A stretch of 64,000 nt of DNA from a candidate division FCPU426 bacterium (GTDB lineage: Bacteria; Oederibacteriota; JAJYGY01; DAIDJD01), in NCBI GenBank assembly GCA_027451505.1, contig DAIDJD010000092.1, positions 17,588 through 81,587 of the forward strand, in the 5' to 3' direction. Below are positions 7,881 through 19,793 of the stretch, in pieces (the first letter of the stretch is position 1; every line of letters starts with the position of its first letter). A program made the translations under genes and the position numbers. Under the pieces are notes generated by a model. That model did no database searches, was not told the origin of the DNA, and saw only the letters and a program-made list of their open reading frames with translations.

Positions 7881-9800
7881 ATGGGAAAAATCATCGGCAT
7901 TGATCTGGGGACCACCAATTCCTGCGTGGCCATCATGGAAGGCGGGGAACCCAAGGTCATCAACAATTCCGAAGGCAATAGGACCACTCCTTCGGTGGTG
8001 GGTTTCGCCAAGGACGGTTCCCGGCTGGTGGGCCAGGCCGCCAAGAGGCAGGCCGTCACCAATCCCGAGAATACCGTGTTCTCGGCCAAACGGTTCATCG
8101 GTCGGCGCTTCAACGAGGTCCAGGCCGAGGCCAAGCGCATGCCTTTCAAGGTGGTCGCCGCCGACAACGGGGACGCCGCCATCGAGATCAAGGACAAGCG
8201 CTACGCCCCCCCTGAGATCTCGGCCATGGTGCTGCAGAAGCTGAAGGCCGACGCCGAGGCCTACCTCGGGGAGCCCGTGACCCAGGCCGTGATCACCGTG
8301 CCGGCCTACTTCAACGACAGCCAGCGCCAGGCCACCAAGGACGCCGGAAAGATCGCCGGCCTCGAGGTCCTGCGCATCATCAACGAGCCCACCGCGGCGT
8401 CCCTGGCCTACGGCTTGGACAAGAAGGGCAAGAACGAAAAGATCGCGGTCTACGACCTGGGCGGGGGCACCTTCGACGTCTCCATCCTGGAGATCGGGGA
8501 TGGCGTCTTCGAGGTGCGCGCCACCAACGGGGACACGCACCTGGGCGGCGACGACTACGACGAGGTCGTGCTCGAGTGGCTGGCCTCCGAGTTCCAGAAG
8601 GCCGAGGGCATCGATCTGCGCAAGGACCGCATGGCCCTGCAACGCCTGAAGGAGGCCTCGGAAAAGGCCAAGATCGAGCTCTCCAGCGCCGCCTCCACGG
8701 ACATCAACTTGCCGTTCATCACCGCCGACGCCACCGGGCCCAAGCACCTCAACGTGAGCCTGAGCAGGGCCAAGCTGGAGCAGTTGGTCGCGGGGCTGAC
8801 CGACCGCACCAAGGGCCCCTGCCAGCAGGCCCTCAAGGACGCCGGCCTTTCGGCCTCGGAGATCGACGAGGTGGTGCTGGTGGGCGGCATGACGCGCATG
8901 CCCAGCGTGGTGCAATACGTCAAGGAGCTCTTCGGCAAGCAGCCCCACCAGGGGGTGAACCCCGACGAAGTGGTGGCCGTGGGCGCCGCCATCCAGGCCG
9001 GCGTGCTCAAGGGCGAGGTCAAGGACGTGCTGCTGCTGGACGTCACCCCGTTGAGCCTGGGCATCGAAACCGAGGGTCGGGTGTTCACGAAACTGATCGA
9101 GCGCAACACCACGGTGCCGACCCGCAAGAGCCAGGTCTTCAGCACGGCCAGCGATAGCCAGCCCTCGGTGGAGGTGCATGTGCTGCAGGGCGAGCGCCCC
9201 ATGGCCTCGGACAACAAGACCATAGGACGCTTCCACCTCGACGGGATCCCGCCCGCGCCCCGGGGCGTACCCCAGATCGAGGTGACCTTCGACATCGACG
9301 CCAACGGCATCCTGGCGGTGAGCGCCAAGGACCTGGGCACGGGCAAGGAGCAGAAGATCACCATCACCGCCAGCTCCGGGCTCGCCAAAGACGAGGTGGA
9401 GCGCCTCGTCCAGGAGGCCAAGGCGCACGAGGCGGAGGACAAGAAGCGCCGTGAGGCGGCCGAGGTCCGCAACCACGCCGAGAGTCTGGCCCATTCCGTC
9501 GAGAAGACGCTCAAGGACCTCGGCGACAAGGTTCCCGAGGATAAGCGCAAGGACCTGGAGGCCCAGGCCGCCGCGCTGCGCGAGGAGCTCAAGAACGAGT
9601 CCGACGCGGAGGCGCTCAAGCGCAAGGCCGACGCGTTGGCGGAGGCCATGGCGGCGGTCTCCGAGGAGTTGTACAAGAACGCCAAGCCCGAAGCCGCTCC
9701 CGGCGGCCCGGATGGCGGGCCGGCCCAAGCCGGCGCCGCGGCCGGGGCCAAGACCGTCGACGCGGATTTCGAGGTCGTGGACGAGAAGAAAAAGGACTGA
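7881..9800 (+). CDS. dnaK: molecular chaperone DnaK (Hsp70)
   Basis: [25 protein letters not shown], full Hsp70 ATPase and substrate-binding domains; RBS GAGG upstream. Confidence 0.97.
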   Translation: MGKIIGIDLGTTNSCVAIMEGGEPKVINNSEGNRTTPSVVGFAKDGSRLVGQAAKRQAVTNPENTVFSAKRFIGRRFNEVQAEAKRMPFKVVAADNGDAAIEIKDKRYAPPEISAMVLQKLKADAEAYLGEPVTQAVITVPAYFNDSQRQATKDAGKIAGLEVLRIINEPTAASLAYGLDKKGKNEKIAVYDLGGGTFDVSILEIGDGVFEVRATNGDTHLGGDDYDEVVLEWLASEFQKAEGIDLRKDRMALQRLKEASEKAKIELSSAASTDINLPFITADATGPKHLNVSLSRAKLEQLVAGLTDRTKGPCQQALKDAGLSASEIDEVVLVGGMTRMPSVVQYVKELFGKQPHQGVNPDEVVAVGAAIQAGVLKGEVKDVLLLDVTPLSLGIETEGRVFTKLIERNTTVPTRKSQVFSTASDSQPSVEVHVLQGERPMASDNKTIGRFHLDGIPPAPRGVPQIEVTFDIDANGILAVSAKDLGTGKEQKITITASSGLAKDEVERLVQEAKAHEAEDKKRREAAEVRNHAESLAHSVEKTLKDLGDKVPEDKRKDLEAQAAALREELKNESDAEALKRKADALAEAMAAVSEELYKNAKPEAAPGGPDGGPAQAGAAAGAKTVDADFEVVDEKKKD

Positions 9801-9833
9801 ACACCATCACCGCAGCAAGGAGGAACAACACGT

Positions 9834-10124
9834 ATGAAACTGCGTCCGCTCAACGATAAGATCGTGGTCAAGCCGATCGAGGCCGAGGAAACCGTGAAGG
9901 GGGGCATCATCATCCCCGACAACGCCAAGGAGAAGCCCCAGCAGGCCGAGGTGGTCGCCGTCGGCCCCGGAAAGCTCCTTGAAAACGGCAACCGGGTCGT
10001 CCCCGGGGTCAAGCCGGGGGAACGGGTGCTTTACTCCAAGTACAGCGGCAGCGAGTTCAAGGTCGGCGGCGACGAGCTTCTGGTCCTGGACGAGGGCGAC
10101 ATCCTGGCCGTCGTCGAGAAGTAG
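9834..10124 (+). CDS. groES: co-chaperonin GroES
   Basis: 96 aa, [13 protein letters not shown]...GGIIIPD canonical Hsp10; only 33 nt after dnaK. Confidence 0.95.
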   Translation: MKLRPLNDKIVVKPIEAEETVKGGIIIPDNAKEKPQQAEVVAVGPGKLLENGNRVVPGVKPGERVLYSKYSGSEFKVGGDELLVLDEGDILAVVEK

Positions 10125-11843
<1,719 letters not shown>

Positions 11844-11852
11844 GAGTCCCCT

Positions 11853-11891
11853 GGGGGACCCGCCGGATTGCCGGCGGGTCCCCTTCATTTT
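11853..11891 (+). terminator. rho-independent terminator after groEL
   Basis: perfect 13-bp stem GGGGACCCGCCGG / CCGGCGGGTCCCC with ATTG loop, followed by TTCATTTT. Confidence 0.8.
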
Positions 11892-11903
11892 CCACCCCGT
11901 CCG

Positions 11904-11930
11904 GGAACTTTCCCGGGCGGGTCGTGCGTC
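11904..11930 (+). promoter_or_regulatory. candidate ECF (sigma-E-like) promoter GGAACTT-N16-CGTC upstream of the ABC/GldG/CbpA/HtrA gene set
   Basis: motif read directly; GGAAC -35 is typical of group-4 sigma promoters; downstream cluster ends with htrA, a classic envelope-stress gene. Confidence 0.25.
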
Positions 11931-12041
11931 CGGTGGGTTGGGATTCGTACGTGACGTCTTGCGCCCGGCGACCGGGCCTTCCGGACCCGGGCGCCGCCAA
12001 GGCCCGCCCGGAGCCGACTACCACGCGGGGGTTTCCTGCTT

Positions 12042-13022
12042 ATGATCGAAGTCAGCGGTCTGACCAAGGAATACGGCGCCTTCAAGGCCGTCAAGGGCGT
12101 CAGCTTTTCGGTGGAGCGCGGCCAGATCCTGGGCTTCCTGGGGCCCAATGGGGCGGGGAAGAGCACGGTGATGAAGATCCTCACCTGCTACCTGCCGGCC
12201 ACCTCGGGACGGGCCGGCGTCGCCGGCTTCGACTGCGAACTGCAGGCCCGTGAGGTGCGCAAGCGCATAGGCTACCTGCCCGAGAACAACCCGCTTTACC
12301 TGGATATGCGCGTCGGCGAATACCTGGACTTCGCGGCCCACGCCAAGGGGATCGCGGGGCCGTCCCGCAGGGCCGCCGTGGCCCGGGTCTGCGAGGAGAC
12401 CGGTCTGGGGTCCGTCACGGGACGCCTCATCGGGCAGCTCTCGAAGGGCTTCCGCCAGCGCGTGGGCCTCGCCCAGGCCCTGGTGGGTGATCCCGAAGTG
12501 CTCATCCTGGACGAGCCCACCGTGGGCCTGGATCCCCGGCAGATCCTTGAGATACGCAACCTCATCCGTTCCATGGCGGGGCGCCGCACCGTCGTGCTGT
12601 CCACCCACATCCTCCCCGAGGTCAGCGCGGTCTGCGACCGCGTGGTGATCATCAACAAAGGCTTGGTGGTGGAGCAGGACAGCACCGCCAACCTCGGCCG
12701 CAAACTGGCCAAAAGCGACCGGGTCCAGGTGGGCGTCGCCGGCCCCGGCGAGGAGGCCCGGATCCTGTTGGGCGGGCTTCCCGGGGTCCAGCGGGCCCAG
12801 GTGCGCTCCGAAAGCGAAGGCGTCGCGGTGCTTGAGGTGGAGAGCACCAAGGGGACGGACCTCAGGGCGGACATAGCCCGGGCTGTGGTGTCCAAGGGTT
12901 GGGGCTTGGTCGAGCTCAAGGCCTTGGGGCTGGGCCTCGAGGAGGTCTTCCTTCAATTGGTCACCCAGGACAGCGAACACGCGGCCGCGGAGACGGCCGC
13001 GGTCACGGAGGCGGCGGCATGA
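12042..13022 (+). CDS. ABC transporter ATP-binding protein (ABC-2 subfamily)
   Basis: Walker A GPNGAGKST, signature LSKGFRQR, Walker B LILDEPTVGLD. Confidence 0.85.
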   Translation: MIEVSGLTKEYGAFKAVKGVSFSVERGQILGFLGPNGAGKSTVMKILTCYLPATSGRAGVAGFDCELQAREVRKRIGYLPENNPLYLDMRVGEYLDFAAHAKGIAGPSRRAAVARVCEETGLGSVTGRLIGQLSKGFRQRVGLAQALVGDPEVLILDEPTVGLDPRQILEIRNLIRSMAGRRTVVLSTHILPEVSAVCDRVVIINKGLVVEQDSTANLGRKLAKSDRVQVGVAGPGEEARILLGGLPGVQRAQVRSESEGVAVLEVESTKGTDLRADIARAVVSKGWGLVELKALGLGLEEVFLQLVTQDSEHAAAETAAVTEAAA

Positions 13023-13780
13023 CCACGAACCTTTACCCCATCTACCGGCGCGAGACCCGCGCCCTTTTCCTTTCCCCGGTGGCGTGGATCGTGCTGTTCG
13101 CGTTCTACTCCTTGGCCGGTTTTTTCTGGGTGGCCCCGCTGTCGCAGTACGCCTTCTATTCCGTCATGATGGCGGAACGCGGCCAGGTGATGAAGCTGGT
13201 GGACTACCTGATCGCCCCGTTCCTGGGGAACGTCACGGTCACCTTCATCTTCCTCCTGCCCCTGGTGAGCATGCGCCAGTTCAGCGAGGAGAAGAAGTCG
13301 GGGACCATTGAAACCCTCTTCACCTATCCCTTCAGCGACCTCGACATCGTCCTGGGCAAGTGGTTGGCGGCCGTCACGCTCCTGGGCGTGATGCTCCTGC
13401 CGCTGCTGATGGATTTCGGCTTGATCGCGGACAAGGTGGCCGTTCCCTGGCCCGTGGTGGCCACGGGGATGGCGGGGGTCTTCATGGTGGGCGCCTGCTA
13501 CTTGGCCGTGGGCCTGTTCACTTCGGCCCTGACGGAGAACCAGGTGGTCGCGGCGGCCCTGAGTTTCGGGGCCCTGCTGCTGCTGTTCGTGCTCAACTGG
13601 CTGGCCGCCTCGGCCAGCGGGTCGTTGCACGACCTCATCGGGCAGCTGTCGATCACCACCCACATGCAGGACCTCACCAAGGGGTTGCTCGCGCTCAAGG
13701 ACGTCACCTACTTCATCCTTTTCACCGCGTTCATGCTCTTCTGCACCCTGAGGGTGCTCGAGAGCAAGAAGTGGAGGTAA
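13019..13780 (+). CDS. ABC-2 type transporter permease
   Basis: about 250 aa, six predicted hydrophobic helices; ATGA overlap with the ATPase gene. Confidence 0.65.
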   Translation: MTTNLYPIYRRETRALFLSPVAWIVLFAFYSLAGFFWVAPLSQYAFYSVMMAERGQVMKLVDYLIAPFLGNVTVTFIFLLPLVSMRQFSEEKKSGTIETLFTYPFSDLDIVLGKWLAAVTLLGVMLLPLLMDFGLIADKVAVPWPVVATGMAGVFMVGACYLAVGLFTSALTENQVVAAALSFGALLLLFVLNWLAASASGSLHDLIGQLSITTHMQDLTKGLLALKDVTYFILFTAFMLFCTLRVLESKKWR

Positions 13781-13782
13781 GC

Positions 13783-15354
13783 GTGCGCCGGGAATACGCC
13801 AAGGCGGCCGGCTGGACCGCCCTCATCGCCCTCGCCTCCGCGGGCGTCACCTACGCCGTGCGGGGGATCGCGGACCTTTGGTTGTGGCTGCCCCTCGGCC
13901 TGGGCGTCGCGCTGGCGGCGGTCTGGGCGGCGGCCCTGGGTAGGGAAGCCTTCCAGGTGGTCTCCTCCCGGCGGGCGCGCCAGGGGGGACAAAGCCTGGT
14001 GTACGCGGCGGCCGTCCTGACCATCGTGCTCGTGCTGCAGTCCCTCGCCGTCAACAGTTCGGTGAGCGTCGACTTGACCAAGGACAAGGCCTTCACCCTC
14101 TCCGAGCAGACGGTCAAGACGGTGAAGGGGCTCACCCAGAAGGTGGAGTTCCTGGCCTTCTACGGGGCCAGCGCGCCCGGGCGCCCGGCCTTCGAGGATC
14201 TCCTGAAGCGCGTGCGCGCGCTGAATCCGGCCCGGGTCGGCTATGACTTCGTGGATCCGGTGCGCAAACCCCTGGAGGCCCAGGAGTACGGGGTCCGTGA
14301 GCAGGGGACCACGGTGGTGGTGTGCGGAGACCGCAAGGAGACCCTGACCGGATCGCAGGAGGAGGACCTGCTCAACGCCCTGCTCAAGGTCAGCGCGGGC
14401 CAGACCGAGAACGTCTACTTCCTCGCCGGCCACCAGGAGGCCGATCTGGGCGATTCCTCGGCCCAGGGCCTTTCCGGACTGAAGACCGCCCTGGAGTCCG
14501 ACTCCTTCCAGGCGAGCACGCTGAATCTCGCCACCGCGCCGGGCGGGGTGGTGCCCGAGGACGCCGCCGTCGTCGTCCTGGCGGGCCCCCGGACGGACCT
14601 CATGGAACCCGAGCTCAAAGCGCTCACCGATTTCCTGGGGCGCGGCGGCCGGATCTTCGTGGCTTTGGACCCGCGCGCCGAGGTGCCCAGGTTGCGGGCT
14701 TGGCTGGCCAAGGCGGGCATCGTCTTCGACAACGACATCGTCATCGACATGAACCCCTTCAGCCAGCTTTTCGGCGCCTCGCCGGTGGCCCCCATCGTCA
14801 ACTCCTTCGACGGCACCAATCCCGCGACCAAGGACCTTTCCCAGCAGCATGGGCAGGCCCTCTTCCCCCAGACCTCCGGCTTCAGCGAGGGAACCCTTCC
14901 GCCGCAGGCGGCCTACACGGAACTGGCCCGGACCCTGCCGACGGCCTTCGGCTGGACGGGCAAGGGCGACCGCGCGCCCACCCATCCGGGGCCCCGCGAC
15001 AAACGCGGGCCGGTGGCGGTCATGGTGTCGCTGCAGGCCCCGGTCAAGGACTTTGGGGGGGCGCCCAACGCGCCGGCGGACGAGAACGCGCGGCTGGTCG
15101 CGATGGGAAGCAGCGTGCCCCTGCAGAACCGGGCCGTGGGCGCCTTCAACAACCAGGACTTGATCGTCAACAGCCTGCGTTGGCTTTCCGACCAGGACAA
15201 GCGCATCGCCCTGGCCCCCAAGCCCGTGGACAACCAGCCCCTGTACCTGAACCAGGCCCGGGCCCGCCTCATCCACTGGAGCGTGGTCCTCCTGGCCCTC
15301 GGCGCGCTCGCCGCGGGCGTGGCCGTGTCTTTGGCGCGCCGGAGGTCGGCATGA
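13783..15354 (+). CDS. GldG-like ABC transporter auxiliary component
   Basis: N- and C-terminal transmembrane anchors flanking a large periplasmic domain; gene order ATPase-permease-GldG-like; GTG start 2 nt after the permease stop. Confidence 0.6.
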   Translation: MRREYAKAAGWTALIALASAGVTYAVRGIADLWLWLPLGLGVALAAVWAAALGREAFQVVSSRRARQGGQSLVYAAAVLTIVLVLQSLAVNSSVSVDLTKDKAFTLSEQTVKTVKGLTQKVEFLAFYGASAPGRPAFEDLLKRVRALNPARVGYDFVDPVRKPLEAQEYGVREQGTTVVVCGDRKETLTGSQEEDLLNALLKVSAGQTENVYFLAGHQEADLGDSSAQGLSGLKTALESDSFQASTLNLATAPGGVVPEDAAVVVLAGPRTDLMEPELKALTDFLGRGGRIFVALDPRAEVPRLRAWLAKAGIVFDNDIVIDMNPFSQLFGASPVAPIVNSFDGTNPATKDLSQQHGQALFPQTSGFSEGTLPPQAAYTELARTLPTAFGWTGKGDRAPTHPGPRDKRGPVAVMVSLQAPVKDFGGAPNAPADENARLVAMGSSVPLQNRAVGAFNNQDLIVNSLRWLSDQDKRIALAPKPVDNQPLYLNQARARLIHWSVVLLALGALAAGVAVSLARRRSA

Positions 15355-16712
15355 AGGAGGGGAGCCGGACCCTGGTCGCCTTGGGGGCGGCCCTCGCGTT
15401 GGGGACGGGCTATTGGGTTTGGGCCGTGAAGATCCAGCCCCGGCGGGCCCAGGAGGCCGAGGACGCCAAGCTCCTGTTCAAGGGCCTCAACCCCGCAGGA
15501 ACCTCGGAGATCCTCCTGCGCAAGGCGGGCTATCCGGACGTGCTCCTGCGCAAGGTCCAGGGACAGTGGCGCCTGGTCACCCCGGTGGCCGCCCCGGCCG
15601 ATCCGGCCGCCGTGGGGGGCATCCTGACCCAACTGGAGCAGGCCAAACGCGGCGAGGTGGTTTCCGGACCGGGCACTACGCTGCGGGACTTCGGCCTGGA
15701 CCATCCCCGGGGGGCGGTGACCTTCAGCCCGGACACGCCCGGCGCCAAGGCCCAGGTCCTGTATTTCGGCATCGACAGCCCCCTCGGCGGCCAGACCTAC
15801 GCCGAGGTGGAGGGCCGTCCTGGGGTGTTCCTCACCGACCTCTACGTCAAGGACGCGATCCTCAAGGACGCGGGCCAGTTGCGGGACAAGACCGTGTGGA
15901 GCTTCCAGAGGGACGATGTCGTTTCCGTGCGGTCCGGGATCTCGGGGTTCACCCTGGAGCGGAACAAGGACGGCTTCTGGAGGGTGGTCGCCGGGGCGCG
16001 GAACGAGCCGGCCAAGCCAGACCAGGTGCAGCAGTGGTTGGACGTCCTTTCCAGCCTGCGCGCCGATTCGGTGCCCAGCGAGACCGGACGCGGGAAGTTC
16101 GGCCTGAAGGCGCGCGCGCGCTCGCTCACGGTCACCCTCAAGGGCGGCCAGGAGATGGTCCTGCGTGAGGGCTCCGAAGCCAAGCCCGGACCCGGATTCT
16201 ACGTCCAAGTGGCCGGCCAGGGGCCGGTGTACCAGCTCCCCGAGTACCAGAAGGCCCAGATCGAGAAGAAGGCCGACGGCCTGATGGACCTGGATGCCTT
16301 CGGTTTCGACACCTCCTCGGTGGGACGCTTCACCGTGGCCCGGCCCGGGCGCAAGACCCTCACGGCGGTGCGGGCGGACGGGGTGTGGGGCTGGGTCCCC
16401 GCGGCCCCTCCCAAGCCCGGCGTCCGTGCCTTCGACTTCCCCGGGTTCCTGGCTTCGCTGGCCCACACCCAGGTCCTGGGGCGCCTTCCGGACGCGGACA
16501 GGCCGGCCCACCCCGTGGCCACGGTCACCCTCTACGGGGATACGGGTGGGGTCCTGGAGACGGTTGAATTCGGGACGCGACGTGGCCCGGGGCAGGTGGC
16601 GACGAGCGCGACCAAGCACCAGGTGGTGGTGGTGCCCGTGAACCTTCTGGACGGGCTGCCCCAGCACGCCCCATCGGCGACCCCGGCTTTGACGCCGACG
16701 GCCGCGCGCTAA
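15351..16712 (+). CDS. DUF4340-like protein that commonly follows GldG-type genes
   Basis: N-terminal signal/anchor, then soluble domain; ATGA overlap with the upstream gene. Confidence 0.45.
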   Translation: MKEGSRTLVALGAALALGTGYWVWAVKIQPRRAQEAEDAKLLFKGLNPAGTSEILLRKAGYPDVLLRKVQGQWRLVTPVAAPADPAAVGGILTQLEQAKRGEVVSGPGTTLRDFGLDHPRGAVTFSPDTPGAKAQVLYFGIDSPLGGQTYAEVEGRPGVFLTDLYVKDAILKDAGQLRDKTVWSFQRDDVVSVRSGISGFTLERNKDGFWRVVAGARNEPAKPDQVQQWLDVLSSLRADSVPSETGRGKFGLKARARSLTVTLKGGQEMVLREGSEAKPGPGFYVQVAGQGPVYQLPEYQKAQIEKKADGLMDLDAFGFDTSSVGRFTVARPGRKTLTAVRADGVWGWVPAAPPKPGVRAFDFPGFLASLAHTQVLGRLPDADRPAHPVATVTLYGDTGGVLETVEFGTRRGPGQVATSATKHQVVVVPVNLLDGLPQHAPSATPALTPTAAR

Positions 16713-16724
16713 AGGGGGGACGCC

Positions 16725-17606
16725 GTGGCGGGGGGGGTGGCCGATCTCTACGCGGCGTTGGGCGTCCCCGAATCCGCCTCGGCCGAGGAGATCAAGAGGG
16801 CCTACCGGGCCCTGGCCAAGCGGTGGCACCCCGACGCCAACCCCGGCGACCGGGGTGCGGAGGAGCGCTTCAAGCAGATCGGCCAGGCCTACGAGATCCT
16901 GTCCGACCCCGACAAGCGGCGCCGCTACGACGCCCTGCGCCGTTCCCCGGTTCCCGAACCGGAGACCGGGGCGCCCCCTTGGGCCTCCTCCGGAGGGGCG
17001 GCCGCCTGGGGAGGCTCCGCCAGCGTGGAGGATTTGTTCTCCATGTTTTTCGGCTCCGGGGAGGCCGGGCCGGGGCCCTTCGGGGTGCCGGACCAGGGAG
17101 GGGACTTCGACAGCGAAGTCTGGGTCTCCTTCGAGGACGCGGCCCTCGGGAATCCGGTGACGGTGCGCCTGGAGGGAAGGCCCCAGCCGCTGAAGCTCAA
17201 CCTGCCGCCCGGAGCGGAAAGCGGGCTGCGGATGAGGCTCGCGGGCCAAGGGGCGCCCCGGCGGCGCGGGCGGCGGGGCGACCTCTTTCTCACGCTCAAG
17301 GTGCGCCCCTCGGAGCGTTTCAGCCGCAGGGGCCTGGACATCCACGGATTCGTGGAGGTGAACCTCGCGCAGGCCCTGTTGGGCGCGCGGGTCCAAGCCC
17401 CCACCCTGCGGGGAAGCGCGCGCGTCGGGGTGCCCGCCGGGACCCAGCCCGGGACCCTGCTGCGCCTTGCGGGCCAGGGCATCGAGGCCGAGGGCCGGCG
17501 GGGAGACCATTTTGTTGAGGTGCGGGTGAAGCTGCCCACCGACCTCGACGAGCCGGAAAAAGCGGCGATCTTGGGCATGGCCCGTCGCCGCGGCTGGGCG
17601 CTTTGA
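16725..17606 (+). CDS. DnaJ-class co-chaperone without zinc-finger domain (CbpA-like)
   Basis: J domain DLYAALGV...[13 protein letters not shown]...[14 protein letters not shown], Gly-rich linker, DnaJ C-terminal domains, no CxxCxGxG repeats. Confidence 0.8.
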   Translation: MAGGVADLYAALGVPESASAEEIKRAYRALAKRWHPDANPGDRGAEERFKQIGQAYEILSDPDKRRRYDALRRSPVPEPETGAPPWASSGGAAAWGGSASVEDLFSMFFGSGEAGPGPFGVPDQGGDFDSEVWVSFEDAALGNPVTVRLEGRPQPLKLNLPPGAESGLRMRLAGQGAPRRRGRRGDLFLTLKVRPSERFSRRGLDIHGFVEVNLAQALLGARVQAPTLRGSARVGVPAGTQPGTLLRLAGQGIEAEGRRGDHFVEVRVKLPTDLDEPEKAAILGMARRRGWAL

Positions 17607-17620
17607 GGAGAGGGTACGCC

Positions 17621-19006
17621 ATGAAGCTCCGATATGCACTGCTTCCCGCGTTGCTGCTCGGGGCGCCGCTGCGGGCCTCCTCGGTCGCCGGCCTCCCGAA
17701 CTTCCGCGACGTGGCCCGCAGGATCCGCCCGGCCGTGGTCAACCTTTCGGTGGTCAAGGACGTGTCCGAGGACCAGCAGGACCCCTTCGCCGGGCAGTTT
17801 TTCGGGCGGTTTTTCGGCCAGCAGGGCGGTCCCCAGCAGTGGTTCCAGCAGCGCAGCCTGGGCTCGGGGGTGATCATCGACGCCAAGCGCGGCTACATCC
17901 TCACCAACAACCACGTCGTCGAGGGCGCGGACGCGATCACCGTCAAATTCGCCGACAAGCGCGAGGCCAAGGGCACCGTGGTGGGGCGGGACCCCAAGAC
18001 GGACCTCGCGGTCGTGCAGGTCAAGGGCATGCATGGACTCGCCCAGGCCTCCTTCGGCGACAGCGACAAGGTTGAGGTGGGCGACTGGGTCCTGGCGGTG
18101 GGTTCGCCCTTCGGCCTGGAGCAGACGGTCAGCCATGGCATCATTTCGGCGAAGGGGCGGGTCATCGGTGAGGGCCCCTACGACGACTTCCTGCAGACGG
18201 ACGCCCCCATCAACCCGGGCAACAGCGGGGGGCCCTTGGTGGACATGGACGGCGACGTCATCGGCATCAACACGGCCATCACCACCCAGAGCGGCGGAAG
18301 CGAGGGGGTGGGCTTCGCCATCCCCAGCGACATGGCCCGCGGCATCTACCGGCAGATCGTGGAGCACGGCAAGGTCACCCGAGCCTGGCTGGGGGTCAGC
18401 ATCCAGGACCTCGATCCCGCCCTGGCCGCCCGCTTCGGCCTTCCGGCGGACTCCCCGGGGGTCCTCATCGCAGACGTGATGCCCAAAGGGCCCGCGCACG
18501 ACGCCGGCATCCGCCCCGGGGACGTCGTCCTCGCGTTCAACGGGAAGGCCATGGCGGACTCCCGGCAGCTCCAGAGGAATGTGGCCGGGGCGCCGGTGGG
18601 CCAGCGCGCGAGCCTCAAGATCTGGCGCGATGGTTCGGCGCGGAGCGTTTCCGTTGTTTTGGGGGACATGACCCAAAGCGATGCCGGCGGCGCCCAGGAC
18701 GCGGACGAGGAGCCCATCACCAGCCCCAAGTTGGGCGTGGATGTGCGGCCCCTGACCCCGGACGAGGCCAAGGGACATGGCGCAGGCGGCGTGGTCGTGA
18801 CCCGCGTGGACAGCGGCTCCGCGGCCGACAACGCCGGGCTCCAACCCGGGGACGTCATCCTGGAGCTGGGCAAGGACAGGGTGGCTGGAACGGACCAGTT
18901 TTCGTCCTTGGTGGCCGCCCTGAAGGCGGGATCCAGCGTGGTGGTGCGCGTCCGTCGTGACGGACGGAGCTTCTACGCGGCGCTGCAGGTACCCGGGGGC
19001 CAGTAG
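17621..19006 (+). CDS. htrA: periplasmic serine endoprotease HtrA/DegP/DegQ with two PDZ domains
   Basis: catalytic triad context (HVVEGA, DLAVV, GNSGGPL), two PDZ segments; signal peptide; RBS GAGGAGAGGG. Confidence 0.9.
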   Translation: MKLRYALLPALLLGAPLRASSVAGLPNFRDVARRIRPAVVNLSVVKDVSEDQQDPFAGQFFGRFFGQQGGPQQWFQQRSLGSGVIIDAKRGYILTNNHVVEGADAITVKFADKREAKGTVVGRDPKTDLAVVQVKGMHGLAQASFGDSDKVEVGDWVLAVGSPFGLEQTVSHGIISAKGRVIGEGPYDDFLQTDAPINPGNSGGPLVDMDGDVIGINTAITTQSGGSEGVGFAIPSDMARGIYRQIVEHGKVTRAWLGVSIQDLDPALAARFGLPADSPGVLIADVMPKGPAHDAGIRPGDVVLAFNGKAMADSRQLQRNVAGAPVGQRASLKIWRDGSARSVSVVLGDMTQSDAGGAQDADEEPITSPKLGVDVRPLTPDEAKGHGAGGVVVTRVDSGSAADNAGLQPGDVILELGKDRVAGTDQFSSLVAALKAGSSVVVRVRRDGRSFYAALQVPGGQ

Positions 19007-19026
19007 GTCGGGACGGTTTCCCCAAA

Positions 19027-19056
19027 GGCCGGCCCCCCCGGGCCGGCCTTTTTTTT
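19027..19056 (+). terminator. rho-independent terminator after htrA
   Basis: stem GGCCGGCCC / GGGCCGGCC with CCCC loop, followed by TTTTTTTT. Confidence 0.85.
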
Positions 19057-19154
19057 GCTCCACCAAGCCCGTCGGCAGACAAATCACCCCCCCGGCACGC
19101 TCCTTCTTGCAGGACCATCGCCCGCTCCGGGCGCGGAGCCGCCCCCGGCAGGAC

Positions 19155-19793
19155 ATGGACCAGGGCCCACACCGAACCTTCGACGAGAGCTTCAACGCGT
19201 GGTTCGCGGGCGCGCGGCCGAGGCTTCTGCGACTCGCCTTAAGCAGGGTGCGGGACCGGGCCCTGGCCGAGGACGTGGTCCAGGACACGGCGTTGGCCCT
19301 TTGGCGGCGCCTCGCCAAAGGCGGGGTCCGCGACCTGGATTCCTACGCCGATCGGGCCGTCTGGATCAACTCGATCCGGGGGGCCTCCCGGCGGCGCGTC
19401 GATCTGCCCTTGGACGGGGCCGGGGAAGGGGACATGCCGGCGGTGCCGCCCGAAGTCGAGGAGTGGCTCGAGGCCGCCGAATGGGAGGAGGCCTTGGCGG
19501 GCCTGCCGCTGCCCCAGGCCGCCGCGTTGCGCCTGCGGTTTTACGCGGACATGACCTACGCCGAAATGGCCCGGAACCTGTCCGTGGGGCTCAACACCGC
19601 CGCCAGCCGTACCCGCTACGCCCTCACCGCGCTGCGCAAGATCCTTTCGGCCCGCGATGCCCCCCCCGCCGGCCGACGGCCCCGTGCCGCCCCGAAGGGG
19701 GATCCACTGGAGGAACGCCATGCAGATCAACGTCGAAGCCGAACGCCCCGCGCCGGGGCGCAACCGAGGCGGGGCCCCGGGCGGCCCCTTTGA
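19155..19793 (+). CDS. ECF-type RNA polymerase sigma factor (sigma-70 family regions 2 and 4)
   Basis: region 2 AEDVVQDTALALW, region 4 HTH AALRLRFYADMTYAEMARNL...TRYAL. Confidence 0.75.
   Translation: MDQGPHRTFDESFNAWFAGARPRLLRLALSRVRDRALAEDVVQDTALALWRRLAKGGVRDLDSYADRAVWINSIRGASRRRVDLPLDGAGEGDMPAVPPEVEEWLEAAEWEEALAGLPLPQAAALRLRFYADMTYAEMARNLSVGLNTAASRTRYALTALRKILSARDAPPAGRRPRAAPKGDPLEERHADQRRSRTPRAGAQPRRGPGRPL

Noticed and set aside
7881-7881. CIRCE (HrcA) operator upstream of dnaK/groES
   Set aside because: No TTAGCACTC-N9-GAGTGCTAA-like inverted repeat in the 250 nt upstream of dnaK or in the dnaK-groES and groES-groEL spacers.
11901-11918. CCGGGAA-CT-TTCCCGG hairpin after the groEL terminator
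   Set aside because: 2-nt loop and no U-tract. It is reinterpreted as containing the GGAACTT -35 of a possible ECF promoter.
19084-19101. GGCACG...TTGCA upstream of the ECF sigma gene, resembling a sigma-54 promoter
   Set aside because: GG to GC spacing is 13 nt instead of the invariant 10 nt.
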